Shown: positions 55,870 through 64,000 of the stretch, piece after piece
Numbering within the stretch: position 1 is the first letter of the stretch
Layout: the number at the start of each line of letters is the position of its first letter
NCBI GenBank assembly: GCA_963777955.1
Contig: CAVZSQ010000022.1
Location: forward strand, 864,001 to 928,000
DNA from: Calditrichia bacterium
Lineage (GTDB): Bacteria > Calditrichota > Calditrichia > JAJRVZ01
DNA: 64,000 bases
Direction: 5' to 3'
Notes under the pieces: model-generated
Databases searched by the model: none
Told to the model about the DNA's origin: nothing
The model's input: the letters and a program-made list of their open reading frames with translations, nothing else
Made by a program: the position numbers and the translations under genes

Positions 55870-57934
55870 TTACCTGAGCAATATCATTTTTTTAACTTGA
55901 TCCATTTCACCAGCCTGAATTCTATAGAAATAAATTCCGGTACTTATAGAATTCGCATTCCATTTGATTTTATGCTCACCGGCTGTTTGATGTTCGTTTA
56001 TCAGGGTGCTAATTACTCTACCGGTGATATCGTAAACGATCAGTTTGACGAATTCTTGCTGTGGCAAGGTGTATGATATTGTTGTCGCTGGATTAAATGG
56101 GTTCGGATAGTTCTGGGCCAGTTCGAATTTCCCGGCAATCTGAACAAATGGATTATCAATAGCGGTCAGTTCATTATATAATTGCATCAACGATACATAA
56201 AACATTTGAAATTTTTCGTTGCAGAACAAATAGTCCACAGTCAGGGTTGTTTCCTGAAAATCGCGATTGCTGATTGCGAACCGTAAAGTCAATAATGTGT
56301 CTTCGGTCAGGTTCAAGGCAGTTTCACCTGCAGAAACGATGCGTATTTTACCATTGTTGATCTTGAATTCTTTTAAATAATTGCTCATGGTATCCGACCA
56401 GCTAATTTCCTGGAAAATCATGTATTCCGGGTTATAGGTCAACTGCATTTCCAGAGAGTAAATATTACTGCCGGTCAGCAGCATGGGAATTTCGACAACA
56501 GGTTCATACAGATATCCTGTCCACGGTAATATAATATCAGCTTCGACATTATAAGGAATGCCACTGGCATTAAAGGGTAAAGTATCGATTGAACCGGCCA
56601 AATACTGCAGGATCAGCGAGGCATCGAGAGCGGAAACCGTCGGATCAGTACTGGTATAGGCATTATAAATCTGACAAGTATCAAGATCAATCGTGCCGAC
56701 CAGATATTTAAGAATCTGTGTGGCATCAACCGTCTGTATTTCCCCGTTCTGATCCACGTCGCCAACTGCAATATCGCAATAAAGGATACGAATGTTTCCA
56801 TCCCTTTTAATAACCGGTATAGATCCATTGTCAAATATTATATCTTTTAATTGTACCGGCACATCTTTCGCAGTAATACTCTCGGGGATTTTGAATTTCA
56901 ACCATAACAGGATGCCATCCCCTGAGATAGTTTGAGTTCCGGCAGTGTTGATAGACAATAAAGTATCGGTTGCATATATTTCTATCTCCCAACCCGCTGC
57001 TCCGATTAAGCTTCCTTCCGTGTATACATCGCTAAATTCTAAATCGTCCTGAAATCCTTTAACATATGCTTGCATAGAATTAAAAGTGCTGTCCAGTGGG
57101 AAATGAACCCGCAGCGGGACTAGGAGGGTATCATCGGCAAGTGCCAGCAGTGAGTCAATAATAACGCTGGTATAAATCTGATTTTTTGGATTATTTGCAC
57201 TCCAGGTTGCATTATAGATATAGCCGTCATAATTATTAGCACTTCCATCATAAGTAATCAGCCCCTCTCCTTCATTAAACTGCCAGCAGCCGATCAGGCC
57301 ATCCGCCAACGCTGGATCCTGGTCGTGGTTCATCCAGTATTGGATCTCTACTGGAGAAAGCGCCCGGTTATAAAGCCAGATATCATCCATATAACCATTA
57401 AAATTCGCACCAAGCCAGGCGTGCCAGTCATTATGTTGAATAGAATCTCCACTGCCGGAATATATACTCCCCACCTCTATTCCATTGACGAATAAATTCA
57501 TAGCCGTTTCACCTCTCACCACGCAGGCGACATGCATCCATTGATTGATGCTTAACAATAGATCTTCTCCGACTATGGAACGCCGATTCCCGTAAGCGTG
57601 CCCCCCACCATCGCTGTACGAAAAAACCAGCACGCAACTATCCAGGTAAGTCAGCTCCGTCTGCGGCAAATCGTCCGAGTGCTAAATTGAAACCCCAGTA
57701 ATCAGGAACAGGGGGAATGGGGCGGGGATAGTCTGTATGAAAGATAATCTGGGCGTGGTCCTGTGCTGAGAAATTAATCCAGGCAGTTATCGTGTAAGGA
57801 ACCTTTACGTCATTTAAAACATTCCCCAGATCGACACAATCATCATCACCGTCGAAATGTAACGAATAGTTTTGCGCATTTAAACCGGTCGTTAATAAAC
57901 CCACCACACCTATAAAAAATATGATGTTTTTCAT
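55870..57934 (-). CDS. Secreted LamG + cohesin-like + dockerin + cohesin-like protein with T9SS-type C-terminal tail (frameshift near 57660)
   Basis: Signal peptide; YSLHFDGDDD, WMHVA, FNGYMDD (LamG); GDVDQNGEIQTVDATQILKYLVG...ALDASLILQY (dockerin); QNYPNPFNP...GIYFYRI...KKMILLR tail. Confidence 0.85.
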
Positions 57935-58069
57935 GCCTGACTCCGTTCATATATTGTAGTTAACAGAGATAGGTAAATACTTATATATAATATAATACTT
58001 TTAAGGCCCGATCAGCATATAAAATTAATCTAATTTTAACGGATCAGTTCCAGGGTATGTTTGCGCGCT

Positions 58070-60028
58070 TCAGATGTAAACTTCAAGTGTCTGCTCAGGA
58101 GATTTAAAACTATCCGTTTCGATGTACATTTTATCCCATATGGCCAGACCTACAACAATCCATAGAAAATTATAATGCCAGCGAAGTCTTGGGTGGGGAG
58201 GGTAATCGAGAATCCTGCGGATGTATTTATAATTGAAAATACCCTGCTGTTCAATAAATTGACGGGTTAAGATTCGTTCCGCAACATTTTTCAGGTCTTT
58301 CTTAAACTGTTCATAGGGATTTACCGTAAAGCCCCATTTCTTTTTATGCAATATCTGCGGAGGTAAATAAGGTTGCATGGCTTTACGGAAAAGATATTTA
58401 GTATGGTTATGTTTCATTTTCAGGGCAGCGGGCAGGGTGAACATGTATTCCACCAGGTCCTTATCCAAAAAGGGCACCCGCAGTTCGACCGAGTGGGCCA
58501 TGGACATACGGTCATCAACCAGCAGATAGTCATTTACCATTTTGCTGTGAAATTCCACGACGCTGACCGCATCCAGGGCCGGCACGCCTGCGGCGGCCAG
58601 CACTCCAAACAGTGGATCAAAATAACTATGCACCGGCCGAAGGTTTTCGGTCGCGAAATCAGGATGATAGATTTCTTTATAAAATTTACGGTCATAGTCC
58701 CAGCAGTTACGTAAAATCAGGTAAAATTTTTCAAGATCACCGGTCGACAGTAACATCTGCATGCCGCGCCGGTATTCATCGAAACGCAACAAACCTGATT
58801 TATTCTGGATGGTAAACAAGAACCTGCTAACCGGCTCCAAACAGGCGCGCTGAAATTTCTGCGGTACATGATTCAGCAGTGCCTGAACCCGCCGGATGTA
58901 TTTATTAATGTCGTAACCCAAAAACAATTCATCCCCGCCCAGACCCCCTAAGACCACTTTGTGCCCCGAAGAAACAAAGCGGGACATGTTGAAACCCTGT
59001 AATAAATTGATCTTCGGTTCCTCGGCATACCAGATCACTTCGGGGAATTGCCGTAACGGTTCGAAAGACAGGGAAGTGGTATGATGTGTGGTATGGAAAT
59101 GGCGGGCAATCATTGCCGCATCAGGAAACTCATCGGTCTCTTCGTTAAAACCGAGGGTAAAAGTGTTGATCGGGGATACATTCAACTGGGACATGATGGC
59201 CACAATGGCCGAGGAGTCCATACCGCCGGAAAGATAGACACCGATGGGCACATCGCTCAGCAATTGCCGGTTAATAGCGGTTTTCAGATGACTGCGGATG
59301 GATTCAATGGCTTCGGCCTCTGTAACGGACTCATTTATGTTTACCGGAAGTTGATAGTAACGTTCGATGCTGATGCGGTTATTTTCATAAAGCAGATAAT
59401 GTGCCGGAGGCAATCGAAAGATATCTTTGAATAGTGTTTCATCCCCCTGGGTGAAGCGCAGATTGATCTGGCAATGCAAAGCATTAAAATTAATGCGCCG
59501 CTGAACATCGGGATGAAGCAAAATTGCTTTTTGTTCCGAGGCAAATACCAGCGTCCGGCCATCAAACCAGTAATGCAGCGGTTTTACACCAAACTGGTCG
59601 CGTACCAGAATAAGACGGTTCCTGATTAAATCGTACAAGGCGAAGGCGAAAATACCGTTCAATTCTTTTAAAAAACCGAGGCCATATTCTTCATAACCAT
59701 GCACCAGAATCTCGGTATCCGCTGCAGTATAGAATTGGTGACCCCGGGCCAGCAGTTTTTTCTTTATGTCTTTAAAATTATATATTTCCCCGTTAAATAT
59801 TACCACTACGCTGCGGTCTTCGTTAAAAATAGGCTGGTCACCGGTTACCAGATCAATGATGCATAATCTGCGATGACCCAGGCATACATTGCGCTGCTGG
59901 TATAGGCCGGACTTCTCCGGACCGCGATGGGCCAGGATGTCGCACATGGCTGTCACCAGTTTGGACGACGAGTCCTGTAGTTTGGACGAGTCCTGCTGAT
60001 TACCGATAATTCCGCAAATTCCGCACAT
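58070..60028 (-). CDS. asnB: Asparagine synthase (glutamine-hydrolysing)-like amidotransferase
   Basis: MCGICG, HRGP, FNGEIYN, LSGGMDSS, GGDELF, RVPFLD. Confidence 0.93.
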   Translation of the reverse strand: MCGICGIIGNQQDSSKLQDSSSKLVTAMCDILAHRGPEKSGLYQQRNVCLGHRRLCIIDLVTGDQPIFNEDRSVVVIFNGEIYNFKDIKKKLLARGHQFYTAADTEILVHGYEEYGLGFLKELNGIFAFALYDLIRNRLILVRDQFGVKPLHYWFDGRTLVFASEQKAILLHPDVQRRINFNALHCQINLRFTQGDETLFKDIFRLPPAHYLLYENNRISIERYYQLPVNINESVTEAEAIESIRSHLKTAINRQLLSDVPIGVYLSGGMDSSAIVAIMSQLNVSPINTFTLGFNEETDEFPDAAMIARHFHTTHHTTSLSFEPLRQFPEVIWYAEEPKINLLQGFNMSRFVSSGHKVVLGGLGGDELFLGYDINKYIRRVQALLNHVPQKFQRACLEPVSRFLFTIQNKSGLLRFDEYRRGMQMLLSTGDLEKFYLILRNCWDYDRKFYKEIYHPDFATENLRPVHSYFDPLFGVLAAAGVPALDAVSVVEFHSKMVNDYLLVDDRMSMAHSVELRVPFLDKDLVEYMFTLPAALKMKHNHTKYLFRKAMQPYLPPQILHKKKWGFTVNPYEQFKKDLKNVAERILTRQFIEQQGIFNYKYIRRILDYPPHPRLRWHYNFLWIVVGLAIWDKMYIETDSFKSPEQTLEVYI

Positions 60029-61318
60029 TAATTTGTTACCTGAAGTACGTTATTAAAGACATTGACCAAATCTCCCGTCAGGTTTTTGCGGGAGTACTTT
60101 TTTATTTCTTCAATATTGGATTTAAAAGGTTCCTTTTTCAGCCATAATTCGTACCGCTGCCTGATTATCCCGGTCAGATCGTCCTGATAATCGAAGATCC
60201 GGCCGCTGGAGGTTTCTTTCAGAAATTGAGTCTGCCTCCCCATCCCCGGGCCCGAGAGCCAGGATATAATTATAAGAACGGGCATATTCAAATAATTTTC
60301 CGGTCAGCATTCCCTTGTTCCCGGCGGATTCATGAATTACCAGTAATAAAATTTCGGAATTGACCATGTGCTGCAAGGCCTGCAGATGCGGTACATAGGG
60401 ATTGAAGTTGACCAGCGGGAGTAATTGCAATTCTTCTATTCTATCTTTTACTTTCTGGTTGACAAATCCATAAAAAGAAAATTCAATATTGTTCTTAATC
60501 TCCGGTTTTAAATTAACCAGGGCCGACAACATGTTGGAAATATTGCGGGTCTCGGAAAGGTTGCCGGTATACTTTATTCTGAATTTAGTACCAGGCGTTT
60601 TATGTATACCGCTGTAATCTTCCTCGTCGTACCCATTCGTAATTTTAAAATAATAGTTATCAACCTGTTGCCTGAATGTATCGATGTATTGCTGATTAAC
60701 GCAGGTAATGGCGTCGGCATGCCGTAATACACTTTTTTCCAGGCGGCGATCAATAGCGGCAGCCAGAACATTACGCCGATGACCTTCATAGGTCAATACA
60801 TCGGTCCAGGGATCTCTGAAATCGGCTATCCATTTTATCCCTGATTTTTTAGCCAGGCGGTTCGCAATGACCTGCACGGTATGCGGAGGGGATGAGGTGA
60901 AGATCAGATCGATATGTTCATTCTTAATTATTTTCAAGCCCTCCTTCACCGCCGAAGGTATCCAGCCCATCCTGGAATCCGGAATAAAAAGGTTGATGCG
61001 CACCCAGCGCGAGATAATATCTTTAAAATTATTTTTAGCATCGAATACATAATCCGGTATTCTTTCATCGCTTTTCCGCCCGGTAAACTTTTTATATATA
61101 CCGAACGGTTCGAAGGATTTGCTTCTATAAACATGGCAATCCGCAGGTATATCCTGTTCCAGACTGGGATCAATTACCGGGTAATTCCCGTTTTGCACGG
61201 TCAGGATAACCGGCTGCCAGCCGAAGTGGGGCAGATACTTGGCAAATTTAAGCACCCGATAGATACCGGCACCTCCTCCGGGAGGCCAGTAATAGGTAAC
61301 GATCAAAACCTTTTTCAT
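60028..61318 (-). CDS. GT4-like glycosyltransferase (frameshift near 60235)
   Basis: YYWPPGGG, TSSPPH, ADFRDPW, TNGYD, GKLFEY. Confidence 0.9.
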
Positions 61319-62082
61319 TATTTTACTGCTTTGATGATGATATGCCAGCCCCAGATTTGCCCGAGCTTCTTATGCGCATACAACGGTAGCAAATCCCAGA
61401 CGATACCAAAACCGGTGGTCATAAAATATTTTATATCAAGTTCAACTCTGGCAAAACTCCGGAATAAAATATTAATCCCGGATTTGGTGTATGTTCTTTC
61501 AATGGGACAGCGATCGTTGCGGTGGCCATCGAAAGGCTGGTTAAGCAGGCGGTGAATGAGATAATTGAAAGAGCGCCGGTGATAGAGCATGATCACCGCC
61601 AGGCCTCCCGGTTTTAAAACACGGCGAACCTCTGCGACCGCCCTGCCGGTATCGGGTGTGTGATGTAAGACTCCGAAGGAGTAAACGATATCAAAAGAAT
61701 TGTCGCCAAAGGGCAGATTTTCCGCATCACCGGTTTTAAGTTGGGCCTGCGTATTATAAAGTTGAAAGCGGCGCTGAGCCAATTCGATGCCGGCTTCAGT
61801 CAGATCGATTCCGGTTACCCGCAGACCACGACGGGCCAGTTGCAGCAAATCGGTGCCCATACTGCAGCCAATCTCCAGCACTGTGCCTCCTGGTTTAGCA
61901 GCTGCTATGGAATCGAATAACTCCGGCAGGTAATAATGATATTTATAGCGTACCCTTTCGGCCTCCTCGAAAAACGCCTTTGAACCGGTTTCATCCGTCC
62001 TGATAAACTCAGTCTGACAGACGTTTCTATTCCAAAAATCTTTTACATCCCCCAAGGTAGGTTGCTTAGTTGCTGATTTCAT
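61318..62082 (-). CDS. Class I SAM-dependent methyltransferase
   Basis: VLEIGCSMG, GDAENLPF, SFGVLHH, RVLKPGG. Confidence 0.92.
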   Translation of the reverse strand: MKSATKQPTLGDVKDFWNRNVCQTEFIRTDETGSKAFFEEAERVRYKYHYYLPELFDSIAAAKPGGTVLEIGCSMGTDLLQLARRGLRVTGIDLTEAGIELAQRRFQLYNTQAQLKTGDAENLPFGDNSFDIVYSFGVLHHTPDTGRAVAEVRRVLKPGGLAVIMLYHRRSFNYLIHRLLNQPFDGHRNDRCPIERTYTKSGINILFRSFARVELDIKYFMTTGFGIVWDLLPLYAHKKLGQIWGWHIIIKAVK

Positions 62083-63322
62083 TATCTCTCCTGATCATCG
62101 CGCTCAGTGCCCGGGCCATCCAGGCATTGCTCCAATGCATTATGGTAAATCTTTTTTTAAAAAACCTGGTTCGCTGGTAATAGAAAAAACCATCCTGTTT
62201 ATGCTGCATATGATCAATAGCCCAGTCAGCGATCCGCCGGGCAAACAACAAATACTTTTCATCCAGGTGCACTGCGTGCACTGCTTTCAAAAAAGTCAGG
62301 ATGCCCTGGGCCGAACCATGTACATCGAGCGGGTAGATTTTGTTGTTCATCCATTTTGGCGCTCCGTCCGGCAGGAATAAATACTGGTAATAATAATCGA
62401 GACCGCGCAGATAATTAGGCATATAGGAGTTGTCGCCTGTATTCCGGGAATAATCCAGGATGGCATCCAGGATGTAGCCGGTGTGGTAATTATCATGCAT
62501 CTTCAGACGGTTAGCCCCGGCCGGGTGGGTATAAAACCAGGCACCATAATCGGTCTGTTTATCCACAACGTAGTGCAGCAATTTCTTTGCTTCCTGCAGC
62601 AAGAGTGAATCGTCAAGTATTTTTCCCAGGCGGGCCAGCAGGGCCGCGCATAAAGCGCTGACATCCATCACCACCCAATTGATCCGCTGATCCGGTACAT
62701 AACTGAGACATTTCATCGCATCGTCTTCATATAATATTTTTGGATCTTTCAAAATAAAATCTGCCGAACTCCTGGCGATCTGCAGATAACTTTCATCCCG
62801 GCAAAGCTCGTAACCATCCAGGAAAGCGGTAGCGACAAAGTAAGTCACAATCCGGTTGGGCAGATGCGCCGGGGCATAAAATCCCACATCCTGCCAGGGA
62901 TACTGGTAACCCCAGCACATACCGGAGAATCCCCGGGAATGGTTTAAACGCAGCCAGTCCAGAAGTTGTTTCGCCTGATCCAGATATTCAGGGCTCGGTC
63001 TGGCCCGGTACAGATCCATGAAAGTCGAGGCAAATAAGGCGGTTCCCTTTGGATTCCTGGTTTTGGGAATAAAAAAAAGCGGGCGAATATTCAGCGGTGA
63101 GCGCATGATCGCCTGGCTGTAAATCAAACGCAGGTATTTATTCTGCAAGGAAAGCAAGGAGAGAACAGGGCTATCCAGGGCATCATATTTATTGTAACCG
63201 GCGAAGTCGTTATTACTCGCATAGATTAAAGTTTTTAATAATGCCTGCTCGTATTTATGATAAGCAGTATCATTATTCTGCGCTGAATTTTTCATTTCAT
63301 CCGCTGTGTGCTGCTTCGACAT
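62066..63322 (-). CDS. Conserved glycan-cluster protein, probable (alpha/alpha)-barrel fold
   Basis: YDAL, NPKG, CWGYQYPWQ, DNYHTGY, YPLDVH, GFFYYQ, HWSNAWM pattern, as recalled for uncharacterised EPS/LPS-cluster proteins. Confidence 0.65.
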   Translation of the reverse strand: MSKQHTADEMKNSAQNNDTAYHKYEQALLKTLIYASNNDFAGYNKYDALDSPVLSLLSLQNKYLRLIYSQAIMRSPLNIRPLFFIPKTRNPKGTALFASTFMDLYRARPSPEYLDQAKQLLDWLRLNHSRGFSGMCWGYQYPWQDVGFYAPAHLPNRIVTYFVATAFLDGYELCRDESYLQIARSSADFILKDPKILYEDDAMKCLSYVPDQRINWVVMDVSALCAALLARLGKILDDSLLLQEAKKLLHYVVDKQTDYGAWFYTHPAGANRLKMHDNYHTGYILDAILDYSRNTGDNSYMPNYLRGLDYYYQYLFLPDGAPKWMNNKIYPLDVHGSAQGILTFLKAVHAVHLDEKYLLFARRIADWAIDHMQHKQDGFFYYQRTRFFKKRFTIMHWSNAWMARALSAMIRRDNEISN

Positions 63323-64000
63323 TTATTGACTTTTACTCCGGCGCAAAAACAGACTCCAGGCGTATTTAAAACCCGGAACTGCAATGGCAACATAAATCAG
63401 CAGGAGTGCAATCCAGGCATAGCGGACATCGCGGTAGTAAGAATCCGGTGCAAAACGCAGATCGATGCGGTGGTTGCCTGCGGGAACAATAATTGATTGC
63501 ATGGCATGATTGGTCCGGTAAATTTTTTCCACCGGTTTCTGGTCGACGGAGATTTTCCAGCCGGGCGGATAAAAACACTCCGAAATAACAAACAGCGCCG
63601 CCTGACTGGTATATACTTCATAACTGGAAGCATTGGGTGTAAAATTGGTCATGCGGCTATTGCTGCTGTCAGGCTTGCTGATGGCAGCGTGCAAGATCCT
63701 CGTCAAGCAAGGCTACCGTTTCCGGATGGAAACCGGCTGTATTCATATATTGCAGCCTTTCCCGTTCATCCCTGATCACTTTATATTCAGCGGTGAAGAA
63801 ACCGCGGGGCAGGTAATCTTTAAACAGGTACGTGTTCAATCCGGCAGCAGCATCAGTTTGTACCAGACTCAAGACAGGATGATCAATTTTTTGCTGGGTG
63901 ATTACATATTTGGCGTTAAGAACTTTAAGTATGTTCCAGTTTATGGGTGTCAGGCCATCGACCGCTGTGGTTAAATTATTTTCAATCAATTCTTCGATTG
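63323..64000 (-). CDS. YfhO-family membrane glycosyltransferase, C-terminal part (frameshift near 63705; 5' end outside the window)
   Basis: LNAKYVI, YLPRGFF, VISECFYPPGWK, RTNHAMQ...VPAGNHRIDLRFAP plus terminal TM. Confidence 0.85.

Overview
Chromosomal window of a diderm bacterium, most consistent with the FCB-superphylum neighbourhood (Calditrichota/KSB1-like; inferred from gene order and a T9SS-type sorting tail, not verified). Left to right: an orphan ParA paralogue, a DUF5916-like protein and a GMC oxidoreductase (minus strand); parAB, an M23 peptidase, a bactofilin and a complete F1Fo atp operon; an ~11 kb operon resembling a self-contained Myxococcus Agl-Glt-type envelope motor (two large TPR proteins, a GltF/CglF-like small protein, one ExbB/TolQ, two ExbD/TolR and a GltG-like TonB-domain protein); housekeeping genes (aspS, phoH, nusB, secA, gap-pgk-tpiA-secG-tRNA-Leu, degP-like, dnaK); a transglutaminase/M1 peptidase group; and a surface-glycan cluster (wzx, GT4s, methyltransferases, AsnB-like amidotransferase, YfhO) interrupted by a secreted LamG-cohesin-dockerin protein. 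About 14 genes, including essential ones, carry single-base frameshifts, most likely assembly indels. The best candidate for an undescribed system is the Agl-Glt-like operon (15160-25930), which has an apparently asymmetric stator (one ExbD has Asn at the conserved Asp) and a carbohydrate-binding-like domain on its giant TPR subunit. All family calls come from motif recognition by eye; no searches were run.
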